Source of the DNA: an uncultured Planctomycetota bacterium
GTDB lineage: Bacteria > Planctomycetota > Planctomycetia > Isosphaerales > Isosphaeraceae
Assembly: GCA_963845755.1 (NCBI GenBank)
Contig: CAWJTV010000034.1
Coordinates: 416,001 to 480,000, forward strand
DNA: 64,000 bases
Direction: 5' to 3'
The notes beneath the pieces were generated by a model. That model made no database searches, had not been told where the DNA came from, and saw nothing but the letters and a program-made list of their open reading frames with translations. Positions within the stretch are counted from its first letter, which is position 1. Each line of letters begins with the position of its first letter. The position numbers and the translations under genes are program-made. This document shows positions 31,795 through 45,749 of this stretch, piece after piece.

Positions 31795-32000
31795 GGCACG
31801 CCCTCACGCATGACCTCGCGAGTGAACTTTTCCTTGACTGGTCTCTACCTGATTGATTTATACGGGATGACCATCGATTCGTGCCACAGGCTCGCTTCCA
31901 CTGGCGAGCATTGCACTCCTGGGTCGTTCGAAAGACTCTTCGCGTACGGGCAGGGGCTCTGACCTGATGGGCGTTTCCGCACGGATTCGATCGACCGGTG

Positions 32001-33203
32001 TCAGGGCCCTGGAGGCGAGCCCGAGGCGTGGATGAGGCGATCGCGTCCCAGATCGGCGAACGAGGCACAACCGGTAAGGCCGAGGGTCAGGTCGAGATCG
32101 GCGATGAGGTTGAGGAGGACGTCCCGGACGCCGTTCTCTCCGGCGACGGCCAGGCCGTAGGCGTAAGGACGGCCCAGGAAGACGGATCGGGCCCCGAGGG
32201 CCATGGCCTTGAGGATGTCGGAACCGCGGCGGATGCCGCTGTCGAAGAGGACCGTTGTCTGACCGCCGACCGCGTCGGCCACCTGCGGCAGGGCATCGAG
32301 GGCCGCGATCGCGCCGTTGACCTGCCGGCCGCCATGGTTGGAGACGATCACGCCCGCGGCACCGTGGTGGACGGCCTTGCGGGCGTCGTCGGGATGGAGC
32401 ACGCCCTTGATGAGGATCGGCAGCCGGGTCGCCTGCCGCAACCGTTCGAGGTCGGCCCAGGTGCGCGAGGGATCCGAGAAGACCTGGGCAAAGTACGCGA
32501 ACGTCCGCGCCGGGTCCTGGCGCGGATCGCCGCCGACCGCCTGGCAGAAGACCGGATCGCTCAGGAAATTGGCCAGGCCGTCGCCGTGCAGGAACGGGAG
32601 GTAGGCGTTGCGCATGTCGCGCTCGCGCCAGCCCAGGAAGAAGGTATCGACGGTCACGACGACGGCACTGAAGCCGGCTTGCTCCGCACGCTGCACTAAG
32701 CTGGTGGCCAGGTCGTCGCTCCCCGGCCAGTAGAGCTGGAACCAGCGCGGGGCGTCTCCCATCACCTGGGCCACCTGCTCGATCGACATGGAGGACGCGG
32801 TGCTCAGGATCATCGGGACCCCAACTGCGGCGGCGGCCCGGGCCACGGCCAGGTCGGCTTCCTTGTGGAGGATCGACAGGACGCCGATCGGGGCCAGGAG
32901 GACCGGCACGGGGAGCCGTTGTCCCAGGATCTCCACGCCGAGCTCCCGACTCGACACGTTGCACAAGAACCTCGGCACGAGCCGCCAGCGGCGAAACGCC
33001 TCCAGGTTGGCGCGCACGGTCGCTTCCGAACCCGCCCCACCGGCAACGTAATCGAACGCCTCGACGCTCAACGCGGACTTCGCGTCGCTTTCGAGCTCCT
33101 CGACCGAGACCGGCTGCTCGGTTCGCTTGCCCGCCAGCCCGGCCTGGTAGATCTCCATCTGTCGTTTCAGGCCCGGCGACCCGCCCGCGGTCGGATGCGT
33201 CAT
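32001..33203 (-). CDS. FMN-dependent alpha-hydroxy acid oxidase (lactate 2-monooxygenase-like)
   Basis: YVAGGAG, WFQLY, LPILIKG, SNHGGRQ, DSGIRRG.D. Confidence 0.9.
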   Translation of the reverse strand: MTHPTAGGSPGLKRQMEIYQAGLAGKRTEQPVSVEELESDAKSALSVEAFDYVAGGAGSEATVRANLEAFRRWRLVPRFLCNVSSRELGVEILGQRLPVPVLLAPIGVLSILHKEADLAVARAAAAVGVPMILSTASSMSIEQVAQVMGDAPRWFQLYWPGSDDLATSLVQRAEQAGFSAVVVTVDTFFLGWRERDMRNAYLPFLHGDGLANFLSDPVFCQAVGGDPRQDPARTFAYFAQVFSDPSRTWADLERLRQATRLPILIKGVLHPDDARKAVHHGAAGVIVSNHGGRQVNGAIAALDALPQVADAVGGQTTVLFDSGIRRGSDILKAMALGARSVFLGRPYAYGLAVAGENGVRDVLLNLIADLDLTLGLTGCASFADLGRDRLIHASGSPPGP

Positions 33204-33500
33204 GGTCGTTCTCATTTCGTTGTTCGAGGCCGTGACCGGCGTCAATCCACTCCCGGCGGCACGCCCACCCGCCGGACGTCAGGCTCCGCCAAAAACATGA
33301 TGCGATTGAGTCCCTCACCGGATCAAGCCCTTGGTACGACCAGGCCCCAGCCTCACATCCGGCCCGAGACCCGAGATGCTGCGCTTGAAAACCGCCGATG
33401 TTCCTGAAAAGATTGAGTAGCGAGGCAACTCTACGGACAGACATTTCGCATGATCACGGGCTTGAACGACGATCGGCCCGAATGCACGGGATACCTTCCC

Positions 33501-34986
33501 ATGAACGATCCCCAGACCCACTTCGTCGCGGTTTGCTCCCACTGCTCGACGGCTTTGAAGGTCCGCCGCGTATTTGCCGGGCAGGCCGTCCGGTGCAAGC
33601 ATTGCGAGAAAACGTTCGTGGCCGAAGAGACGGACGTTCCTGACACGAAGGGATCCGAGGAGACCGTCGCACAACCCGTCCCGGACCCGTCGAAGGAGGA
33701 GCGGATCACGGTGTCCTGTCCGAGTTGCCAGACCACCCTCAGCGTTCGGCGCGTCTATATCGGCCGTCGGGTTCGTTGCAAGCAATGCGATGAGCCGTTC
33801 CTTGTCTCGGATCCCACGGCAGCAGACCAGCCATCCCACGCCGACCAGGCCGATCGACCCGAAACTAATGGCGCGCACGAGGCAGTTCAGGCCGAGATCA
33901 GTCGGCGAAGCCAGGAACTCCAGGCTGCGCACGACCAACACCAGGCTGAGCGTGACCGGGCCAGGTCGTTGCAAGCCAACCTGGATCGGCTCTCGTCCGA
34001 GAATCAGGAACTCGAGGCCGCGAACGCTCGACTCCAGGCCGAAGTTCGACCGGCTCTCGTCCGAGAGCCAGCGGCGGCGTGACGAGCACGACACGCTCCA
34101 GGCCAGTCATGCCGAGTCTGCTTCCGAGAATCAGCACCTCCGGTTCGCTCTCGACCGGATCAGGCCGGAGCATGACCGGCTCCTTCACGAGCTCGAAAAC
34201 GCGACCAACGAGCTGAACGCCATTCGCAACGATCTGGGCGGAATCGCGACAGGGGAGGTCGGGGCCCTCGCAGCGGATCGGACCGCGTTGACCGCCGAGG
34301 CGGACCGGCTCCGTGGCGAGATCCAGGTCCTTCGCGATGAACAATCGGCTCGGGATCTCACCGCTGGCGATCGGGAAAGGCGGTGCGACGCGGACGTGAA
34401 CGCCGCTCGTGCCGAGGTCGACCGGCTCGCGGGCCTCCTCCAGCAGCGTGAAGCGGAGCTGGAGTCAGCCCGCGACGAGCAGGACCGCCTGGCCCTCGAC
34501 CGGCAACGTGCCCTGGATGAGACCGAAGCAGCTCGAGCGGCGCTCGCCGAGCGCGCGCCTCTCATTCAGGCCGAACGCGATCGGCTCCAGGAGGAGGCGG
34601 ACCAGCTCCGGATCGAGGGGGATCGACTCCGTATCGACATTGAGAGCCTCCAGCGCGGGCTTGCCGATGCGGAACAGGGCCGCCTGGAAGGGATTGGCCG
34701 CCTCGAGGCCCAGCTCGCCGAACTGGCGGAGCAACACGGACAGCTCCAGGAGCAACACAAGGCCGTCGAACGGGCGTGCACGGAACATCAAGAGCGGAAT
34801 CAGGAGCTCCGGGCAGATCTCGATCGGCTCCAATCGTCGCAGCCGGGCCCGGCATCGAGCGACGACCTTCAAGCCGCGCGTTCCGAAGTCGCATCCTTGA
34901 AGCGACAGCTCAACGAGTCGGAGCGAATCCAGAGCGAGATGGCGGCGCTCCTGGCGGGGATCGGAATTCGATACCGCGAGGTTTGA
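33501..34986 (+). CDS. Tandem zinc-ribbon + long coiled-coil protein (frameshift near 34045)
   Basis: CSHC...CKHC and CPSC...CKQC followed by about 380 aa of heptad-rich E/R/L/Q sequence. Confidence 0.75.
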
Positions 34987-35010
34987 ACGTCGGATGATCT
35001 CGGGTCATGG

Positions 35011-36270
35011 TCACCAGGCTCGATCGAGAAGATCCTCGAGGTCGGCCTGAGTGCAGGGCCGCGGGTTGGTGCGATGACAGTGGTCGAGCAGAGCGAGTCG
35101 CGCATAATCGGGGATGCCGTCATGCCGTAGGCCGTCGACCTGTGCGAGCCGGCGGGGCAGGGGGAGGCGTGCGAGCACCAGCTCCGTCATGATGATGAGG
35201 TGTCCTTCGGCATCGCCGCTGCGGCCCAGCCCCAATCGCCCGGCCAGCTCCACCATCCTGGCCGTGGCGGCCCCACGGTTGAACCGCAAGGCGTGGGGCA
35301 GCAGGATCGCGTTGAGCGTCCCATGATGGGCACGCCCCTCCGACCCCAGGGCATGCGACAGCGAATGGACGACGCCCAGCCCCTTGTGGAAACTGATGCC
35401 GCCGAGTAGGGCACCCATCATCATCGCCGAGCGCGCCTCGGCGTTCGATCCGTCGCGCACGGCCGTTTCCAATCCCTTGAATATCGACCGCAAACCCTCC
35501 AGCGCGATCCCGTCACAGATCGGGTGGCACACGGTTGAAAGATAGCTTTCTACACAATGCGTGAATGCGTCCATGCCAGTACCCGCGGTCAAGACCGGTG
35601 GCAGGTCGCGCGTCAAATCCGGGTCGCAGATCGCGACGGTCGGCAGCAGATGCGGACTCAGGACGATCGTCTTTCGTCCCGTCTGGGGTAACTGGATCAA
35701 GGCCCCGCGACCGGCCTCGCTGCCCGTCCCGGCCGTGGTGGGTATGGCCACCATGGCGGGGAGATCGGGTCCGATCCGATCCTGGCCGCCATGGGTCAGG
35801 TCGTAGTCGGCCAGTTGACCCGAGTGCGTGACCAGGAGCCGGATCGCCTTGGCGGCATCGATCGCGCTGCCACCACCGAGGCCGAGGATTCCATCGCACT
35901 CGGCCTCGCGATAGCGGGTCAGTCCGGCCAGGACATCCTCTTCCATCGGGTTGGCCTGGACTTCACTGAAGACCACGGCCTGCTTCCCCAGAGGGGCCAC
36001 CACGTGACCGACCAATCCGGTCGCCAGAACCCCGGGGTCGGTCACGACCAGCGGACGAGCGACCCCCGAATGGTTCAGCTCGCTCGTCAGGAGTTCGCGC
36101 GCTCCCGAGCCGAAGAGGATCCGGTTGGGAAAGGTGAACGTGGCGACCGATCGCCCGGGTGGACTGCCGGATGAGGGGGGCCGATCGGGATGAGCCTCCG
36201 GCAGGGTTGATTTGGAATCGCGGGGGGGCGCGGCGTCACAAGGGCCGAAGGCGTCGTTGTCAAGATGCAC
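35011..36270 (-). CDS. Iron-containing alcohol dehydrogenase (start uncertain)
   Basis: GGGSAIDAAK, PTTAGTGSE, DAFTH.VE, HSLSH, HHG. Confidence 0.9.
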   Translation of the reverse strand: MHLDNDAFGPCDAAPPRDSKSTLPEAHPDRPPSSGSPPGRSVATFTFPNRILFGSGARELLTSELNHSGVARPLVVTDPGVLATGLVGHVVAPLGKQAVVFSEVQANPMEEDVLAGLTRYREAECDGILGLGGGSAIDAAKAIRLLVTHSGQLADYDLTHGGQDRIGPDLPAMVAIPTTAGTGSEAGRGALIQLPQTGRKTIVLSPHLLPTVAICDPDLTRDLPPVLTAGTGMDAFTHCVESYLSTVCHPICDGIALEGLRSIFKGLETAVRDGSNAEARSAMMMGALLGGISFHKGLGVVHSLSHALGSEGRAHHGTLNAILLPHALRFNRGAATARMVELAGRLGLGRSGDAEGHLIIMTELVLARLPLPRRLAQVDGLRHDGIPDYARLALLDHCHRTNPRPCTQADLEDLLDRAW

Positions 36271-36438
36271 TCTCCCGGGCCGTCGAGAGCCGTCGATCGG
36301 CTCGTCCGACTATGAGGAGTTGATAGCGGGCGATTCCGATTCCCGTGTCATCGGTCGCCTCAAGGGCCTTGATCCGTCCGGAGACCCGTTCGATCGGGTC
36401 CGCACGCTCGGAAGATCGGCAAAGCCCCCGGCCGGGCG

Positions 36439-36780
36439 TCAGGTGCCGGAGTTGATCCCATCCAACGAGGAGATCAACTGTTCCATCTCCTCCGCCGCGT
36501 GCGAGTTGCCGGCGGACCGAGCCTTGGCCACTCCCGCCTGGAGGATGGTCAGAGCGGCCTGCAACTCTCCCGTCTCGGCGTAGGACTGGCCCAGTTGCTG
36601 GTAAGCTGCCACCTGGCCGTCCGGATCGTCGGCGATCAAGGAACGGAGTCGCTGGCGCCCGTCCTCGACGTCACCATCCCGGAGGCACTGGAGCGCCAGC
36701 CCGTACCGCAGAAACGGATCGTTCGGATCCTCGGCCAGGCTCTCTTCCAGCATCAGTCGCTTCGGTGATTTTTCCGCCAT
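36439..36780 (-). CDS. Small TPR protein
   Basis: DPNDPFLRYGLA...VAAYQQLGQ...HAAEEM. Confidence 0.8.
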   Translation of the reverse strand: MAEKSPKRLMLEESLAEDPNDPFLRYGLALQCLRDGDVEDGRQRLRSLIADDPDGQVAAYQQLGQSYAETGELQAALTILQAGVAKARSAGNSHAAEEMEQLISSLDGINSGT

Positions 36781-37291
36781 GGACTGACTCGGTCGGTTCC
36801 AGGGCCCGCGAATTCACCCACCCTCAAGACCGGCATCGGTCCTTCGGCCGCCGATCCAGGTACCGTCAGTTGACCCGTTCCGACGGCCCACCACAGGTCC
36901 TCTCCGTCCTGCAAATCAGGCTAGCGATCCACCGGGCTCACTGTCAATGCAAGCTCTTAAGGAATACGGAACACTTCTTCAGATCGTGTTTCGTGTTCGC
37001 CGCAGGCCAGCCATCGGGCCGGACGATCGCGACTGACTTCCTCATCAGGATGGAGATCAGGAACCCGAAGTCTGGACTGAGTTTATTTCCGGAGGGTTCA
37101 CGACCGATCGCGCTTCCTTCCTGATCAGGAGAACTGAGGCAAGCCAGGGGAAGATTGCGGATCATTACGAAAGCAGGGAAACCTGGGGAACATCGGTGGC
37201 TCCATCCTCAAGCCTGGAAACGGGGTAACCGATCCAAAACCAAGCCGGCATCGACGACAGGAGAAGCCGACGAGAAGCCGGATGGAACGGG

Positions 37292-38758
37292 ATGGGGTTG
37301 AAACGAGTGCAGCTTCGGTCTATCGCTGAGGGGACGAGCGCCGTGCCAACGCCACTGACGAGTCGAGGTGACGGATTCCTTCGGAAGATCGCACTGAGCC
37401 TGACAGTGATGGTGGTCGCGATAACGCCGACGCCCAGCCGGGTCCAGGCTGCGTCGGAATCGCGGCGAACCGCCGTCGTGGAAGCCATCGGGAAGGTTCA
37501 CCCGTGCGTGGTCAGTATCTCCAGTGAAAAGAAGGCCGAGTCGCATAGCCGCTGGCCGTTCTCCGCCGAAGAGAACCAGCGGCCTCGCGTGAACGGCATG
37601 GGCAGCGGCGTCGTGATCGACCGGCGCGGTTACATCTTGACCAACCATCATGTCGTGGACAAGGTCCAGGGAATCGTGGTGCAACTCTTCGACGGCAGCA
37701 CCTACCCGGCCCGGTTGCTCCAGTACGACGCGGTCATGGATCTGGCTTTGGTGAAAGTTGAGGCCCCTCGCCCCCTGCCGGCGATCGACCTGGGCACATC
37801 CTCCGACCTGATGGTCGGGGAGACGGTGATCACCATCGGCAACGCGTTCGGCTACGAGAACACGGTCTCCCAGGGGATCATCAGCGCCCTGCATCGGGAT
37901 GTGACGCTCTCCGACGAGCAGGTCTATCGCAACTTGATCCAGACCGATGCCTGCATCAATCCCGGCAACTCGGGGGGACCGCTGATCAACATTGACGGAG
38001 AGCTGATCGGGATCAACGTGGCGGTACGAGCCGGGGCCCAGGGGATCGGTTTCGCCCTGCCGATCGACGAGGTCAGGCGCGTCGCCGCCGAACTGATGAG
38101 CACCCGACGGCTGGCCTCAACCTGGCATGGTCTGGTCACCACCGACCAGCGCCGGGGGTCGAAACACGGCGTCATCGTCGCCGAGGTCCAAACCGGAAGC
38201 CCGGCCGAAACCTCGGGATTCCGGGCTGGGGATGAACTGGTCCGGGTCGGTGATCAGCCGATCACGAACGGCCTGGACCTCGAGCGATGGCTGCTGGATG
38301 TCCGCCCGGGCCGCCCGGCGAGTGTGACCTTCCGACGCGGTGGCACGGAGAGCGCCGTGGCGCTGGATGTCCGGCCCATCCCCAATGCATCGGGAGCACC
38401 CGCCAGCACCACCGACGACATCGTCTGGCGACTCCTCGGGCTCAAGACGGTCCACGTCTCGCCGGAATATGTGGCGGCGGTCTCGTCCAAGCTCCGTGGT
38501 GGCCTCTACGTCCAGGCCGTGTCGCCCGGGAGCCTCGCCGCCGAGGCGGCCATCCAGAAAGGGGATATCCTGGTCGGGATGAACGTCGGAAGCCGGCACT
38601 GGGAGACGATCTGGCCCGACAATATCGTGTATGTTCTGCGCCAGCCCGAGACCGCCCAGACGCAAAGCGCCTTGTTCTACGTGGTACGGAGAAACGGCAT
38701 CCAGCCGCGTCGGATCAGCCTCGCGGCTTCGGTGACCCAATCGGCCTTGATTCGCTGA
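37292..38758 (+). CDS. htrA: HtrA/DegP-family serine protease with two PDZ domains
   Basis: TNHHVV, DLAL, IQTDACINPGNSGGPL catalytic triad; two PDZ-like regions. Confidence 0.9.
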   Translation: MGLKRVQLRSIAEGTSAVPTPLTSRGDGFLRKIALSLTVMVVAITPTPSRVQAASESRRTAVVEAIGKVHPCVVSISSEKKAESHSRWPFSAEENQRPRVNGMGSGVVIDRRGYILTNHHVVDKVQGIVVQLFDGSTYPARLLQYDAVMDLALVKVEAPRPLPAIDLGTSSDLMVGETVITIGNAFGYENTVSQGIISALHRDVTLSDEQVYRNLIQTDACINPGNSGGPLINIDGELIGINVAVRAGAQGIGFALPIDEVRRVAAELMSTRRLASTWHGLVTTDQRRGSKHGVIVAEVQTGSPAETSGFRAGDELVRVGDQPITNGLDLERWLLDVRPGRPASVTFRRGGTESAVALDVRPIPNASGAPASTTDDIVWRLLGLKTVHVSPEYVAAVSSKLRGGLYVQAVSPGSLAAEAAIQKGDILVGMNVGSRHWETIWPDNIVYVLRQPETAQTQSALFYVVRRNGIQPRRISLAASVTQSALIR

Positions 38759-39229
38759 GGCCCTTCCTCGGCGACCACTCCGGTCGCCGATTCGCGTGCA
38801 GCCGTCTCGAGCGACGATTCGGCTTGGGATCGTGGTGGTGAATCGGACCTCGAACGATCCGCAGCCACGGTCCCGCAACTCGCAAAGCCCGGCCTGAGAA
38901 TCGCCCTCCAGAGTGCTCGACGTTCGCAAATCGTCGGGAAGCGCCGACCTCACTCGGCCCGCTCGCGTCGCTGAAAACAACCGAAAAAACGCATTCCCGG
39001 TAAACTTAACCGGGCCGAGACGCTTTGACGCTCGATAACGACGCACTATCGAGCGAGATCGACTGTCCGGTGACGGCAAATTGGGCCTGGGATCACAGGG
39101 GCATCGACACAATCGTGTCGAACCGCTAGCTTGATCGAATGCGCCATCGAGCGTTCGGGAACCGCCGGAGAAGCGTGGCCGGGGAACCTCGACCCGAAGG
39201 CTGGGGCGGAGCAAAGCCAGGATACCGTC

Positions 39230-39925
39230 ATGGAGGAAGACCTCCCACAGGGACCCGAAGACGAGCGTCCCGCCCGGGATGTGATCATCATCTTCGCTGT
39301 CTTCTTCGAAGCGGGCCTGGCTCCCTTCTCGCTCATCCTCGGCTGGTTCCTGGGGCATCCGCCGTTGGGCGGGTTCGTCTGGAACCCAGGCGATGTGCTG
39401 TGGGGAGTGGCGGCGGCATTCCCCTTGATCGCCATGTTCCTGACGATCCTGATCTGGCCGATCGGGCCGCTGGCCCGCGCCAAGCAATTCTGCGACAGGG
39501 AGGTCGCCCCGATGTTCGAGAACAGCACATGGTCCGATCTGGCCATGCTTTCCCTGTCGGCGGGAGTCGGTGAAGAGATGCTGTTCCGCGGCGTTCTCCA
39601 GCCGGCATTTACTCACGGGATGGGGCTGACCTGGGGCCTGGTCCTGGCGAGTGTGCTCTTCGGACTCTTGCATCCCATTTCCTTATCATACATCGCGATC
39701 GCTGCGGCCCTCGGTTTCTATTTCGGCGCCGTCCGGATCATCAACGGGAATCTGCTGGCGGTCATGGTGACCCACTCCCTCTTCGATTTCGCCGCCCTCG
39801 CCTACCTCATCCGGTTCCAGCATTGGGACGAGGGACCGCCCAGCACGGATTCAGCGCACCCGCGATCTCCGGGGAGATGCCCGAACCGCAAGGTCCGGCG
39901 CCGGCGGCGACTCGACAACTCCTGA
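39230..39925 (+). CDS. CPBP (Abi/CAAX) intramembrane glutamic protease
   Basis: EEMLFRG, FGLLH, HSLFD. Confidence 0.85.
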   Translation: MEEDLPQGPEDERPARDVIIIFAVFFEAGLAPFSLILGWFLGHPPLGGFVWNPGDVLWGVAAAFPLIAMFLTILIWPIGPLARAKQFCDREVAPMFENSTWSDLAMLSLSAGVGEEMLFRGVLQPAFTHGMGLTWGLVLASVLFGLLHPISLSYIAIAAALGFYFGAVRIINGNLLAVMVTHSLFDFAALAYLIRFQHWDEGPPSTDSAHPRSPGRCPNRKVRRRRRLDNS

Positions 39926-40130
39926 TGATTTTGCACGATCTCTCGGCTATGCTGGCGATCGACCCGTGGGCGGGATGGGAGCGTAGAAGAAGGCGTGCCC
40001 ATGGGGAGCCGGCGCCTCGGGATCGGTGGGCGTACGGCTGAGGCTGAGAACCTGGCCAGCCGTGGCCCGCGGGACCTGGTGTCGCCCTGGGGCGTGAGTC
40101 GGAACCCTCTTCGCGAAAGGGTCAAAAAGG

Positions 40131-41089
40131 ATGGTGACGATCGTGATCCCAAACCCGTGTGTACGACCCGCTCGCCACGGCAACGCGCGCGCCTCGCTGG
40201 CGACGATCGTTGTGGTCGCCGCCTGGCTCCTGGGCGGCCTGCTGCCGGCTTCGGCCTCGGCCGAGGTCCTGCGCTGGAAGTTCAAGGCCGGTGAGGTGTT
40301 GCACTATTCGATCGAGATGAAGACCCAGATGAATCTCAAGAGCGCGGATCGTCAGGACCGGTCGAGCGAATCGCGGATTATCGACATGAGCTGGACGGTG
40401 CTGAATGTTGCGCCGGGGGCGAGGCGGAGATCACCCAGCGGATCGACCGCATCCGGATGAAGGGCGAGCGGCCGCCGTACATGCCGCTCGATTTCGATTC
40501 GAGCAGCTCCAAGGGGGTTGCGGCCGGCTTCGAGGAGTTAGCGAAACATTTCAAGTCCATGGTCGGTCTCGAGTTCACATTCTCGATGCGGCCCACCGGA
40601 GAGATCGGGGATATCAAGTTCCCGAAGCAGACCCTCGACACGATCCGGAAGGCGGCGCCGCGCGGGGGAGCGCAGGAGGCAGATGCCGAGAAGCCGCTCA
40701 AGGAGATGCTCCGCCAGTCCAGTCCACCGACCTTCCCCGTTGGCGAGGTCGAGCCGGGCAAGACCTGGAAGAGCAAACAGGAGCGCATCCCCACTCAAGT
40801 TGCAATCATGGTTATGGAACGAACGTTCACATTTCAGGGCCCGGACCCGAAGACGCCCGAACTCCTGCTGCTGGGCATGGACACCAAGGTGACCCTTGAG
40901 CCCGTCGAGGGCGCGACGTCTACGATTCGGAAACAAGAAGGGAAGGGGAGCATGAAGCTCGACACCCGGTCCGGTCACCTGGTCAGCGTTCGCATGACGC
41001 AGAAGATCGACATGACCATCAGCGAGCCCAATGGTCAGGCGATCGAGCAGGCGACCGAGACGACCACGGCGATGAACCTTTTGCCATGA
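40131..41089 (+). CDS. Secreted DUF6263-like protein (frameshift near 40415)
   Basis: Signal peptide ASA/EVLRWKFKAGE, FDSSS, FPVGEVEPGKTW. Confidence 0.65.
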
Positions 41090-41147
41090 CCCCGAGGGCC
41101 CGGACGGCGCCCTCCGCTCCGGCGGCCGGAACGCAGGTCGCGGGCTC

Positions 41148-44273
<3,126 letters not shown>

Positions 44274-44717
44274 GTTCAGTCCCGGTGCAAAACACAGTGG
44301 GTGATGCATCCATGCAATCGCGATCCCGGGTTTGATGCTGAGATCGATTGGCATTGGTCGTCTTGACCTCTCATTCCACCCTAGCGTTTCGGCGCCGATT
44401 CGCAAGCTTTTCGTTAGCGAAATATCGACAGGCAGGCTGGCCGTCCCCGCGCGGACGTTGTTTTGAGACAACCTTCCACTCTCGGTCCATCTTGTTTAAA
44501 CATCATTCCTCTTTACCCCAAGTCACCCATGTTACGCTCCTGGTCCAAAAATGTGGGCAATTTGAGATGTTTTATCAGATGAGGTAATCTGGAATGAGCA
44601 TTTGGCAGGGTAACGACGAGTCTTCGGCGCCGAGATTTCGTCACTTTGTGCGATTGCGACACCATGAGACGGAAGGAGGAAGGTCCGCGTTTGCGGTTCT
44701 GGGGAGCCAAAAAGGAC

Positions 44718-44734
44718 TGGGCACGAGCCATGCT
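44718..44734 (+). promoter_or_regulatory. sigma54 (-24/-12) promoter upstream of the alpha/beta hydrolase
   Basis: GG(44720-21)-CACGAGCCAT-GC(44732-33)T, exact 10-nt spacing; divergent from the bEBP gene. Confidence 0.6.
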
Positions 44735-44876
44735 TAGAGATAAGTGTCTGTGGGGTGGACACCAATGCATCGTCGCGAGTTGGCCCCACAAGCAACCCAC
44801 TGAGATCGCCATCAGTGATTTGAGTCGCGGGTGGAAGGGTCCAGCCGATGTGATCGGGGGCCACCGAGGAGACACC

Positions 44877-45749
44877 ATGCGTTTAGCAGCGAAGTGGCAG
44901 GGTTCGTGGAAGTGGGAGAGCGGATTCGATGCATGCCATGTAGAGCCCGTCCGAATCAGTGGAGAATGGGTGGATGTCATGCGCCTAGGACGAGGAGATC
45001 CCCTCGTCATCGTGCCGGGGCTAGCGGGTGGATGGAAGCTTTTATGGCCGTTGGCGGCCGAGCTGGCTCGGGATTTTGAAGTCTTCGTGTATGGGTTGCG
45101 GGGCGATCGTCATCCGTGGACCGTTTTCGACGGGGAATCGGGTCGGACCTCCGAGATGCGTGATTACGCCGAGGATCTCTCGGCGTTGATCGATGGACTG
45201 GGATTGTCCAGTCCCTCGGTCCTGGGGATCTCGTTCGGTGGGGCAATCGCGCTGGAGCTGGCCGCCCAGCAGCCGCAGAGTCTCGGCGCCCTGGTGGTCC
45301 ACGGTGCGGAGTCTCGCTTTCACCCCACGCTCGGCTCGACGATCGCACGGCGCGTCCTTGAACGGTTCCCGCTCCCGCGCGACAGCGGCTTTGTCAATCA
45401 GTTCTTCCACTTGCTCTACGGGAAGAAGCCCCAGCCCGGACCCCTCGTGGATTTTGTCATCGAGCGGATCTGGGAGACCGAGCAGAGCGTGATGGCCAGG
45501 CGGCTCGCCCAGTTGGAGTCCTTCGACGTTTCCGATCAGCTCTGGAGGATCGACGTACCGACGATGGTCATTGCCGGGAGCCGTGACGTCGTGGTCCCGG
45601 CCGCGCGACAACGTGCCCTGGCGGAAGCCATCTCGAGTGCCCGGTTCGAGCTGGTCGAAGACGCCGGCCACCTCGGCTTCTTGACCCATCGTGCGGAAGT
45701 CGTCCGAAATGTGAAGCGACATCTGCAGCGCGTCAAGGCGATGGTGTAG
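44877..45749 (+). CDS. Alpha/beta fold hydrolase
   Basis: GISFGG, GSRD, AGH; GAGGAG RBS. Confidence 0.9.
   Translation: MRLAAKWQGSWKWESGFDACHVEPVRISGEWVDVMRLGRGDPLVIVPGLAGGWKLLWPLAAELARDFEVFVYGLRGDRHPWTVFDGESGRTSEMRDYAEDLSALIDGLGLSSPSVLGISFGGAIALELAAQQPQSLGALVVHGAESRFHPTLGSTIARRVLERFPLPRDSGFVNQFFHLLYGKKPQPGPLVDFVIERIWETEQSVMARRLAQLESFDVSDQLWRIDVPTMVIAGSRDVVVPAARQRALAEAISSARFELVEDAGHLGFLTHRAEVVRNVKRHLQRVKAMV

Noticed and set aside
31794..31810. sigma54-like TGGCACGCCCTCACGCA
   Set aside because: Spacing is 11, and it lies on the wrong strand for the adjacent gene.
37090..37290. Riboswitch in the htrA leader
   Set aside because: Purine-rich with small hairpins, but I could not match any known aptamer consensus.
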